The position numbers and the translations under genes were made by a program. A stretch of DNA of 63,266 nucleotides, the filler included, from Craspedostauros australis (taxonomy: Eukaryota), in the NCBI GenBank assembly GCA_030167865.1. It is 9 parts of 9 records of this genome, joined end to end, with 100 filler letters (N's around TTAATTAATTAA, not from the genome) between each part and the next. Parts side by side here need not be neighbours in the genome. Positions count along the whole stretch, not along the records: positions 19,155 to 42,608 come from JALAGF010003965.1; 8 more parts are not named here. One strand, 5' to 3'. The notes under the pieces were generated by a model. It was not told where the DNA came from and ran no database searches. It saw nothing but the letters and a program-made list of their open reading frames with translations. This document shows, one piece after another, positions 21,794 to 32,486 of this stretch. The stretch's first letter is position 1, and each line of letters starts with the position of its first letter.

Positions 21794-23236
21794 ATGGGAG
21801 ACAGCACATGGATCTCGGGTGCCTTTGGCTACGGCATCGCGGTTCCCGTCAAACACATCAAGGAGGTGAGAGAACCTGGATCGCCCAACCAAGAAACAGG
21901 GTACTTGGACGACTTGAAACAAGTTGACCAGGCATGGTTGCTGGAGTCATTCTCCGGCTACCACTTTTACAACATCTACAACGCCTTCGTGTTCCTCTCC
22001 AAGGACAAGATAATGAGAACACCATCCATGGATATGACTGATGAGGAGGCATCAGCAGACGACAACTATCAACGTTTCAGCGTCCGAGTTGACCTCAAGA
22101 ATAACGACCCACTTCACGAACCATACGATGAGTTGAACACAGAACTAATCGCTGTCGCACAACAACTGCTGCCCAAGACCGAAGGCAAGCTGTGGTATCC
22201 CCCAGGTATGTACAGTTTCCTCACCTTCATGGGAGACGGTGCGTTCAATGAACTCCAACCAGTGAATCCGGTCTCCAAGAAGATCAAAAGAATGACTCCC
22301 GTCTCTTCCGGAGCTGTGAAAGACAGTGACCCCACGCCATTTCACCCTGACTGTCATCATCTCTTGGACATCAAATTGATGATCTTCGATGAGAAGGAGC
22401 ACAGCTCTGATAGCGATGGTGATAGCGAGAGCGATGCAGAAGAGAGACCATTCCACATCATCGAGTCCAACAGAGCTCTGTTGTCCCAACGTGCCCCAAA
22501 CTTTGAGAAATTCATTGCGAAGCATGGGACGACCAACACCATCGTTGGTGGCGGTGGTGGTAGCGGCGGCAGCGGTGGGAATGAAAGTAGCCCTGCGAAG
22601 ATCACAGAGGTGACCATTCGATTGGACGAGCTGCGTGCAAGCGCGTTGAGAGATGTACTGTACTACTACACCACCCGCAACTTCGTTGGTGGACTGCCAA
22701 CATTCGAAGAAGACCCCAATCGGTTCCGTGCTGTGCAGCAAGTCCGAGAAGAACTCGGCATTCGCGAACGGCATTCTTGGTGCGATCTGAACGTCAAGAC
22801 TCACAAGGCTTTCTCGAAGCGACCATCTTCCGAGACTGTGACGTTCATCACCAGGTCGAAAAAAGTCCATGCCCCCAAGGCCATCCTCGGACTCGTGAAC
22901 CCAGTCTTGTACGGTATCATGTATTCCAACAAGGATGAAGATGGCAACGGTGACGGGTCTCCGCAACGCATCAACTGGCATTACTACCCATCTGCGGTAG
23001 TGCGGTACGTATTGTTGGCATTGATTCTGGGCGACAAGAGAGGTGGAAAGATCGAGATTCCCCATGAGCACGTCGAATGGATCGAGACGTTGATGAAAGA
23101 CTTGGGTGAAAGCAAGAAATCGCTGGCATTGTTGTACGGGTCGCCGTATAAAGAAAATTTTGAGATGACCTACAGCTTCAGGGACCAAGCCTACGGAGAG
23201 GGTGGTTATTCCGACTACGTGGTGGAGTGGGGTTGA
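21794..23236 (+). CDS. 480-aa protein with two divergent BTB/POZ-like segments
   Basis: Intronless ORF. IIESNRALLSQRAPNFEKFI...LRDVLYYYTT and VTFITRSKKVHAPKAILGLVNPVLYGIMY...VVRYVL resemble the BTB consensus (f.aHr.iLa..S..F..m). Confidence 0.7.
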   Translation: MGDSTWISGAFGYGIAVPVKHIKEVREPGSPNQETGYLDDLKQVDQAWLLESFSGYHFYNIYNAFVFLSKDKIMRTPSMDMTDEEASADDNYQRFSVRVDLKNNDPLHEPYDELNTELIAVAQQLLPKTEGKLWYPPGMYSFLTFMGDGAFNELQPVNPVSKKIKRMTPVSSGAVKDSDPTPFHPDCHHLLDIKLMIFDEKEHSSDSDGDSESDAEERPFHIIESNRALLSQRAPNFEKFIAKHGTTNTIVGGGGGSGGSGGNESSPAKITEVTIRLDELRASALRDVLYYYTTRNFVGGLPTFEEDPNRFRAVQQVREELGIRERHSWCDLNVKTHKAFSKRPSSETVTFITRSKKVHAPKAILGLVNPVLYGIMYSNKDEDGNGDGSPQRINWHYYPSAVVRYVLLALILGDKRGGKIEIPHEHVEWIETLMKDLGESKKSLALLYGSPYKENFEMTYSFRDQAYGEGGYSDYVVEWG

Positions 23237-24198
23237 TATTCAGTGAGATGAGTCAACAGAGACCCTGCTCGGTAACCACACCCACACCCGTGCCAGTATC
23301 ACCATCCATGCAATGATGTTACGAATAGATCGTATCGTTCGGCGCATGGCGCGCATCCTATCCACAGCAAGTTCGTTTGAACAGGAGTATGGCACTCAAG
23401 TGCGAGTACGAGTATGAGTACTTGTAAATTCACGCATCATAGTTACGGACGTCAACATACCATACACTCGTACCCAACAGGAACACGTTTCGAGATGAAC
23501 GAGAGAGCAGAATGAGGAAGTGCTGGTACCTTGTCCTGTCGCAACATCCTCGTCCTTCTTGACTTGCTTCGAAGGGATGTTTTGATAGGTGGCTCTGTTG
23601 GGGGTGTGACCCCATTCTCAATCGCCGACGGCAGTTCCCTTCGCCGTTTCAACTGTCGTCACGCACACTCGCTTCTTCTGTTCGGTCTCAATCTGCTTTG
23701 CTCACTGTTTGCCTCGCTACGCCAACGTGATGCCCGCGCCGGTCCATGATGCCGGCTGCGGGATCGTGCATGCACAACATGGCACATGCCATACTTGGGC
23801 GAAGATCCAGAAGGATGCGGACACAGATGAGGTGTGTTTGGTGGCAATCTTCGCCGCTGGACTTTGTTGTTGTTGTTCTGTGGGGCCGTGGCACGTTTGT
23901 GATGGACACGTTTGGAGATTCATCGAGGTTTGGTTGCAATCGAACGAATCAAGATGACCGGAATCTGGAATTTGTTGGTCTGCCGTGTTGCGCCAACAAC
24001 ACCGTGGAGCGCAAGTCGACGATGACAATGGCGAACGGCGCTGGCAAGAACGCGGAGCTGCGCTGCCCAACGTGCGCAAACACAAGCAATTGCACCATTG
24101 TGCTGAAGGAACGGCTTGAGTTGGCGCGCTTTCACAACACAAGGGCGAAGAAGAAGAAGAAGTAAATATAATACCATCAATACAAGCACAGGAGCAAC

Positions 24199-24961
24199 AT
24201 GGGACGCAGAGCGAAGAAAGCACCAGTACGTGTGGCCAAGAAGCTGCTGCCCTCACGGCAGTGTTGTCATTGTCATTGTCATTGCCATTGTCATTATCAT
24301 TGTCGTTATTGTGCACAAGTCGGATGATGACAATGACAGCCATCTGCGCCATCGCTTGACTGGATCGCTCCATAACTCCATCACTACTCACCACGATGCT
24401 TCGCTCTGTCTTTACCTGACGCACCAATGATTCGCCATCGCCGCTGCATCTCCGCCACGATGAACCGAATCACAGGTGCAAACGAAGAAGCGCGCGACGT
24501 TGGCCAAGCGCTTCAAATGTCCCTTCTGCTCGAATGAGAATGCCGTGGAATGCAAGATGGACTTTAAGGCCGGAACGGGAGCCTTGAGCTGCCGCCTGTG
24601 CGGTGCCAGCTACCAGATGCCGATCCATCATCTGCACGAGCCGGTGGATGTGTTTTCGGAGTGGCTCGATGATTGCGAAGCTGCCGCGCAAGGCAAACCC
24701 ACCGGGGGCGACATCAATCCCTCATCCTCGTCGAATGGTGGCGGCAGTGGTGGTGGTGCGCTTTCCTCGCGGTACGATGACGATGATGAGCTGCCTCAGT
24801 CCTCAGGCTTGGGCGGCGGCGGCGGCACTGGCAGCAACAAACGAAGTCGAGACGGTGGAGAAGAAGCCAGGACGAAGTCGACGAAGAAGAAATCAAAATC
24901 TTCATCGAAGAACTTTGCGGCGGTTGGGTTGGACGATTCTGACGACTCTGATGATGAATAG
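24199..24961 (+). CDS. ELF1: Transcription elongation factor 1 homolog; exons 24199-24225 and 24476-24961, 170 aa
   Basis: MGRRAKKAP|VQTKKR...FKCPFC...CRLC...EPVDVFSEWLDDCE zinc ribbon. Phase-0 intron GTACGT...CACAG (24226-24475). Acidic/Gly-rich tail. Confidence 0.95.
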
Positions 24962-26055
24962 GAACAGAGTTGAGTGCTACACATGCGTACGATACAACGT
25001 GCGCCTGTATGGTGTAGTGCTCCGAGTACTCTCTAGAGCACTCTGTGTTACATACCATACGAAAGCTCGTAGATTGCGGGAATAGAGAAACACACGATAC
25101 ACAACACGCGATACACGAACACTGACATCAATCGAACCCCAACGAAGCAAGTGAACCTGATGCGCATCTGATTGGTATGCGCATTGAGACATGGAAACAC
25201 GTAGCACCGCGAGCATTCGTGGGCTTGGGATTGCGTGTTTGGGTGGTGTGGGTATGGTGCGAGCTGCTCCACATTGACGTGCAGCCGTTGCTTGAAAGGA
25301 GGTGCCAGCCATCTGCATTCACGCGAGCATGATGACTGGGAAGCGTGCATGCCATGTTGATTGAGCGGCCGCCTGCTTGTGGGAGTTGGCAAGTGTCTCG
25401 GATACAGAAACATACTCTGCATACCAGCGAGTGCTCTACTTTCCTCTCGCGCCCGGCCACGATCCCAAGGAGAAGCGAAGACTCCGCGGAGTTCATCACG
25501 AATGAACATGTTCCAGAGACAAGCATGATGTGGTTACAACACAAAGCGCGACACTGTCTGCTCTGGTACGAATAGATCAGAGTTCTTCATGTTGTGACAT
25601 TCGCACTCTCCTGCTCCTTGCTGCGGTGTTGTGAATGGGTTGGTTTCGCGTATGAGTCCTGGGGGATGGCACGACGCCGATTCCCATTTCCGGGGATCGA
25701 GTCGCACAAACGTCATCATGATCTGGATGTGTGCCACTGGGATGATCCAAGAATTCCCGAAGCAGGCACCTGCGACGCTGTCGTGCTCCGCAGAGTATGG
25801 CACGACTACACCCCACAGCACTGTATGCGTACGTGTGGCAGCCTCCCTCATTCATGATTTGCGTACTATCATGCAGCACGACACTGATACTCGCGAGAGA
25901 GAGTCGTTCGCTTGCGCTATTCTATGTGTGTATGTGCCTCAAATTACTTTACTCTAACAACCTTACTCTGTGTCCCTACTGTAATAGCACGGCGCACGTC
26001 AAAGTGTGTTCATGAGTTGCCCTGCCCTGAGCCAAAATCGCATCGCAGTGCCCCC

Positions 26056-26832
26056 TCACAGCGACTCAGGTTGCGAGTATGACAGAAGTCGCACGCGCAC
26101 CTTGACGGCGAAGGGGCGGCTCTTGATGCGGTTCCATAGCTTGCCCGTCATCTTGCGCTGGTTCTTGCGCTTCGTGTCGAGCTTCATCTCGATGGCGCGC
26201 GTCTGCTCTTGGGACAGACCGACCTCCTCGTGGAAGATCTTGCGGCGCGCCTGACGACTGAGCTTGTAGCAGCCCTTGTGTTGGACGGATCGGTGGTAGG
26301 ATCTTAGTTCGACGGATTCGTCGTCGACGTAGGACCAGCCGATGCCCAGCGGGATGCCGAAGTGGACGTCTGGGTGGTTGCCGATGACGCGTTCGTAGTG
26401 TCGGACATGGACCGTGCCGAAGGAGACGTGGGGCTTCTGTTGCTGCGCGGACAGATCGTCTGTGACTTCCGAAGTGGACGATATCTGCCTCGCAGAAGTG
26501 GAGATGGTTGCGTGCGAGTGAGAGGAGGTGGTGGAGGCGGTTGCAGCTGTCTCATCGGAGGTGGAGATTACGGTGGCAGCATCATCTGCCTTGTTGGGAT
26601 TGTCGGGCTTGATGATGTTGAGGAAGTTGACCATGCGTGTTGCCAGGGCAATCACCTCTGAAGGGTGCTCTGGCTGCTGCTCGTGTTCTGGTCCCTCCTC
26701 CTGTTGCTGTTGCTGTTGCCGCTGCTTCTGCAGTTCCCTGTCATCTGCGGAATCGTCAACCTGATCGGGACGGACCTCGATGAAGTGCTGTGGCTGGTGC
26801 ATGCTGACTGGTGTTGTTGCGATGGTGATCAT
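26056..26832 (-). CDS. Diatom-type hypothetical protein with VSFGTVxVRxYERxxGxHP...LGIGW motif
   Basis: 258-aa ORF with coding-like composition and a CA-rich leader. The motif recurs among diatom hypothetical proteins (recalled, not searched). Confidence 0.75.
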   Translation of the reverse strand: MITIATTPVSMHQPQHFIEVRPDQVDDSADDRELQKQRQQQQQQEEGPEHEQQPEHPSEVIALATRMVNFLNIIKPDNPNKADDAATVISTSDETAATASTTSSHSHATISTSARQISSTSEVTDDLSAQQQKPHVSFGTVHVRHYERVIGNHPDVHFGIPLGIGWSYVDDESVELRSYHRSVQHKGCYKLSRQARRKIFHEEVGLSQEQTRAIEMKLDTKRKNQRKMTGKLWNRIKSRPFAVKVRVRLLSYSQPESL

Positions 26833-28345
26833 GATGGACGTTTGTGGTTGTTAGAATGGTTGCGATTGTCGCTATTGTGATTGCTGCTGGTGCTATTGCA
26901 ATTGCAATTGCAGTTGATGTTTGTGCTTGTGTTTGAAGCTGTTCGTTTTGGTCGCGCTGTTTGATTTGTGGGAGTTCTCTTGTTGCTTTCGTTGATGTTG
27001 TTTGAGTGATGCTGTTGTTATGATTATGTGATGAAGATGAGTATGTTTGGATCCCGAGGATTGGTGCTGGGGTACTTGCAGAGAAGAGGACTGTGATGCT
27101 GCATGCAGACTGTTGCTTTGATCCTGCTGTTCCACTTTGCTATCGCAATACCAGCGAGAGCGTTTTGTGTAGATTCGAGGAGGTGGATGCAAGAAGACGG
27201 ACGAAGCGCAAAACGGTGAACTCCGTGGGACGAAGTCCTCGTTGAACGGTGAAGTTGTTACATGAACAACAGCGACGATCCTCCACCAAAACGAAGCAAT
27301 GGTGTGACACCACACTACGTACTCGTACTACTACTTGTACTACTACTCGTGATCGCGCACGCAGCAACAAAGGCAAACCTTGGGAGGCGGGTTGAAATTG
27401 ATAATTGGAGGCGGATCCAAGAACTCGAGTGGTTGCCGCCCGTACAGGTGACAAGCTCACCAACGCGAGTGCGACGTGTTCTGTCTTCTCCCTCTCCAGT
27501 GTGGAGATGGATGGGTGGAACCTTCCAAAGACAAAGTGGATCCTGCTTCTGTGCAGACTGCGTTGGTCGCGAAGCATCACAGCAACCATTTCGTGATGTT
27601 CAACCAACCAATAATTTCGTGGAGAGGCCGACTTTTAGTCTGTGGCCTCGCGCGTTCCGCCTCCACGAATCACTCACTGAGAATCTTCGTTGTGCCACTG
27701 CGTCGAATTCGATGATGTTCATCATGAAATGTCACATGCGACAAAACGTGGACATACTACGCATCGCAAAAACTCGACATTTTGGCCACGTTTTGGCCAT
27801 CATCGTAGCCTGTCATCGCCAACGTAGGATCGGCTTGCAGTTTTTCAAACCACAAATTTGGCAAAGTAAACTTACTGGACAGCCCATTCATTCGAACAAA
27901 CAAGGCGAGAGCAACTCTGTGCATCGCGGTGCGTTCTTGCATCTGCGAGCGCCGTTCGTTCGCCAATTCAAGCCATTGCGATCTGTGCTACCAATCTGTC
28001 GCACTCAGTTCTGCTCCAGTCCAATCCGTGTGTACATGGACGCCGTGCGATGCTGAGGCCAAACAATGACAGTAGAGTACTCAACCTCGTATGCACAAAT
28101 GCAACCAATGAATGAACGAGAACGTATATTAGCTCGTATGGTACTAGTCGATCGTAACCTACCTACTTCAAAATGCGAGCTGCGAAACATAAATGACAAA
28201 GAATGCGACAAGGGAGTGCGACTGGTGCTTCGAAGTGAAGTATGCTTCCAACTTATTGTACTATGTTTGCAGAGTGTGAGACTGCATTGGTACACTCCAT
28301 GTTCTCTGCAACTGTCGTTCGTGTGGTCTTGTCGGAGGACTGGAA

Positions 28346-29209
28346 TCAAAATGTCCCCGACTCTTCACGCTGCCTCTTCATGGCGACCGCCATCCATTCC
28401 AACTGGGTCAGCATGCCTGGCAGCTGCTTCAGCATGCGATGGGATGGATCGATCGGCGTGCCATCTTCCGCCAGAAGCTCCGCCGCGTTCGGCAATCCAC
28501 ACAGCTTGGATACGGGGAGGCATCCCAATTCGTGGCACATCAATTGGATGCTCATGGCGGCGCGCATTCCGCCCCATGGTCCTGCATCAATGCATGCATA
28601 TGATATTGGAGAGAGGTGGAGTGTGGGAATTGGGATGTGCAGTGTAGTATAATAGGATGGTAGAATGTGAGCGTCGGCAACGGCAATGACAACGGCAACA
28701 GCAACGGCAACAGCAACGACTACAGCACAGACAAGCTCTAGATATTGAACATCATTTCACGTACCTGGCGAGTAGGTCAAGATCGCGGATGGCTTGCACT
28801 TGTACAGCGACCCACCGAAGTGGCCCATCACAGAGGCCAGCGCGGGAGGCGTGATGTGATTGTACTCGGGAGAAACGATGAGATAGCAATCGGCTTCCTG
28901 AATCGTCTTCTGCAATTCCTTCACCTCCTTCGGCACGTCCTTCAAATAGAACGTCGGCGTCTGCAGCTCTCCCGAGCTCACTCCGCTCAACGCGCCGCCC
29001 TCGCCGAATACCTCCACCGGATCAATGATGGACACGGAATGGGAGACGCTGAGGTTGCCCAGCTCTTCCTTGCGCGTCGCCATGGTCTGCTTCACCCATC
29101 CCAGGACGCGGTCGCCCAGACGCTTGTCACCACCCCATGGCGGGATGACGTTGCGGGCGCTGCCCATGAACACGACGGTCTTCAGGATCATTGCGGCGGC
29201 GGGGGACAT
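28346..29209 (-). CDS. NADPH-dependent FMN reductase (flavodoxin-like fold); exons 29209-28765 and 28581-28346
   Basis: [26 protein letters not shown] and [18 protein letters not shown]. Phase-1 intron GTACGT...TGCAG (28764-28582) restores the frame. Confidence 0.92.
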
Positions 29210-29752
29210 TGTGAGGCAGCCCGTATTTTGTGTCTGCTGTCTCGGTTGTTGTGGGAGGGCAGATGTGGCACGGATACGTTTGTGTTTGCGTCTCTGTGGC
29301 GGTTCTTCCTTCTTTGTCGGCAGCGGATCTTGTGAGAACTTCTGACCAGAGCGGAACAGAGCGGAGCGTTCCTCTTCCGTTCGCACGGAGCATCGACCAT
29401 GACGTCGTTGATACTTCTCACATTCCGTGGTGAAAGGATGACGATCAGAAAGCCAGACCGCGGTTGCCCTTGTCGGAATTCTGTGATGGATCCAATGTCG
29501 GAGATGTTCGGTAAGATCTTTGTGTACTCGCGCAATGGCTTCGTTAGAATTCTATTTGCTTCCATCATGATCTTCCATGAATTTTGTGGTGCTGACACCA
29601 ATATTTTAGTCGGCGGAGTCGGACTTCTGGTGATCCTCGTCTCGGAGGCAAGTTTCTTGTTTTGGGAGATGAGATTGGCACAGAAACAGAACTATTGTGT
29701 TGTCACGAAGCCGCCACAAGCACCGAAGTCGACGGCAACGACAGCAAGGACG

Positions 29753-30472
29753 ATGATGATGATGATGACAGCACCAACAAGAGCGCTGTGGATGATCATC
29801 GCCACCACCCCATTCAGTACACTCACCTTCACCGCAACGACGGCAGGAGCCACTTCCGCATTCTCTTCAATCCCATCAACACGATCATCAACAAGGATGT
29901 CCGCCACCACAGCCGACGACAACAGCAACAACAGCAACAGCGAGAATGAGAGCACAAACAAGCTGACGTTCCGCTGCAGCTGCTTCTGCGGAAATTGTGT
30001 TTTCGAGGTGCGCGACTCCACCCCGATCTTCCGCACACGTTGCCACTGCTCCATCTGCCAGCGATTCAGCGGTGCCGATTCCGTCGCCTTCGCCGGCTTC
30101 CCCATCAACGACGTCCACATGATCCAGGGCAAGCACGTGTCATCCTCCTCCAGCGAGACCATGAATCGCCACCGCTGCAACGATTGCGGGTCACCAACCT
30201 ACAACCGCTCGCTGATGAAGGATTACGAGTTCATCGACTTTGGGCTATCGGTGCTGCAACGAGATGCGACAACGAAGAAGGTGGACGCCAAGGTGCGGGC
30301 GGCGTTGCAGCCGGCCACCCACATCCACTACGACATGCGCTATGAGGACGCGACGGACGATCTCCCAAAGTTCTTCGGGATGTTCGAGCAGCTCGTGGAT
30401 AACGCAGGCAATCCCATCAACAAGCAGCAATCACAAGGCGGGGACAGCACGGTCGCGGAAGCAAGTGAATGA
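29753..30472 (+). CDS. GFA/CENP-V (Mss4-like zinc) family protein with N-terminal extension
   Basis: CFCG...CHCSICQR...RCNDCGSP motif set. The start could be 29753 (with presequence) or 29897. Confidence 0.88.
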   Translation: MMMMMTAPTRALWMIIATTPFSTLTFTATTAGATSAFSSIPSTRSSTRMSATTADDNSNNSNSENESTNKLTFRCSCFCGNCVFEVRDSTPIFRTRCHCSICQRFSGADSVAFAGFPINDVHMIQGKHVSSSSSETMNRHRCNDCGSPTYNRSLMKDYEFIDFGLSVLQRDATTKKVDAKVRAALQPATHIHYDMRYEDATDDLPKFFGMFEQLVDNAGNPINKQQSQGGDSTVAEASE

Positions 30473-31994
30473 GCACGCACCAGACGCAGACGCATGCAAC
30501 AAACGAAAGCGCAGTGCTGATACCTGCGGGTACGCATGAGAACCACAAGCAATGGCAAGCAACCACAACCAAGCACGAGCAATCGTGGGGTTAGTCACGA
30601 TGGATTTAGAGCATTGACTTAGAAGGTTCATTCGCTGGCCATACATTTCAGCACATACCTTCGATGCGCAGAAGTATACATAGTACACAGTTGTGAGTGT
30701 AGCAGTTGTAGTCGGAGCAGGTGATCGTGATGGTGCGAATATGGTAGTATATTATACATGGATACGTCAAAAGCAGATTGATGCTCACGCACTGCATTCG
30801 CAGTTGATGGAAGCAAGCCGACGAGCACCGACTCAATCAAGCCGTTCTTTCCTCCGCAACCTATTGCAGTCACGGTGTGTAGGGCAGTACCACACGTATG
30901 GATGAGAGAGAGAGAGAGAGAGTCGGCGACAGTGATGATCCAGTTGCAGCATGGCATGGCACAGCACAAGAACGCCACATGACACCGGCGTGCTGATGCC
31001 ACGGCCATGATCGTTGTTGCCTTTTGATCCATGATGGCTCTTCTCTTGTTGGTCTCTGTCGTTCGTGTCCAAAGAAGCGAAGACAGCTGGGCTTTTTGAG
31101 TTCACACAATCAAAACTCGGACACACTTCTGTTCTTCCGACCGTTTGAATGTCGGACATGCTATTCCTTTTGTCCGTTTATAAACGGTCGGTTTCGAATT
31201 TGACCGTACAAACAAACAGTCAGTCAGAAGAACATGAAGCAAAATTAGGCGTTTGTGCTTCTTTTATTATATATATCAATTATTACGACTGTACTTCAAC
31301 CAATGGTGTTGATGTAGTGTGAAGGATAAAGCTAGGAATCGGCGAGAATGAGATTGTTGTGATTGTTGACCCCTGTGAACTCAGATGCAAGCCTTCCATG
31401 GGGATTAAGAGACGTTCCAAATACTCGATTGAGTGACCCATTGGAGAAGGCGTCCGCTGAAAGTTGTATGTTGTGATGGCTTCAACCAGAGCCCCATACA
31501 CACGCGTCCGAACTTCCAGGAAGGATAGGAATCAGTCTTGGCAAACGGATGACGGCAACCGAGCCACGCACGTCATGTTCGCTTGTCAGAAGGGCTCTTC
31601 GCCTCGCGAAAGAGGAGACTTGAGCGTGGTCTTGATTCAAATGAGAAGCTTGTGCACTCTGTTCGGAATTTGGGAGTTTGGTTTTGTCCGAGATCTCAAA
31701 CGTGTATAGGCACGATTAAGAAATGTGATACACGTCTGGGCCAGCTTCACAATTTCGACGCTGCTCGAAAATCCAACGAATGCGATGGTGTCGGCAAGGT
31801 GAGGCGCGGAAGTGATGGAAACAACGGCGGAGATGATAGTGGAAATGATGGCAGAAGTGATGGCGACATTGGCGACAACCATGAGAGCAGGATTGACAAC
31901 AGTATCATCACTGTGATGCCCGCCATGTGGACCCTCTCTATTTTCAACTTCACAATCAACTTCAGTTCAGCTCCATCTTATCGCTCCAGACACG

Positions 31995-32486
31995 ATGTCC
32001 ACCAACACCGCCAAGCTGACTTTCCGTTCCAGCTGCTTCTGCGGCAACTGCATCTTCGAAGTGCGCGAGTCCACCCCGATCTTCCGCATCCGCTGTCACT
32101 GCTCTGTCTGCCAAACCTTCAGCGGCGCGGATTCGCTCGCCATCGCCGCCTTCCCGGGAAAGGATGTCTACATGATCCAGGGCAAGCACGACGTGACGCA
32201 ATCCAGCCCTATCCTGAACCGCCACCGATGCAGCGACTGCGGCACGCCGACCTACAACAGTCCAGTGAGCAAAGAAATTGACTTTGTCGCCTTTCCGCTG
32301 GCGACGCTGCAACGAGATGCGACAACGAAGAAGGTGGATCCCAAGGTGCGAGCAGCGTTGCAGCCAGTCGTTCACATTCACTACGAGATGCGTTACGAGG
32401 ATGCAACCGACGACCTTCCCAAGTTCCTTGGTGCGAGCGAACAGAAGCTTGACAATGCAGGGAATCCCATCAAAGCAGATTCATGA
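31995..32486 (+). CDS. GFA/CENP-V family protein, tandem paralog, 163 aa
   Basis: CFCG...CHCSVCQ...RCSDCGTP; colinear with the first copy. Confidence 0.9.
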   Translation: MSTNTAKLTFRSSCFCGNCIFEVRESTPIFRIRCHCSVCQTFSGADSLAIAAFPGKDVYMIQGKHDVTQSSPILNRHRCSDCGTPTYNSPVSKEIDFVAFPLATLQRDATTKKVDPKVRAALQPVVHIHYEMRYEDATDDLPKFLGASEQKLDNAGNPIKADS

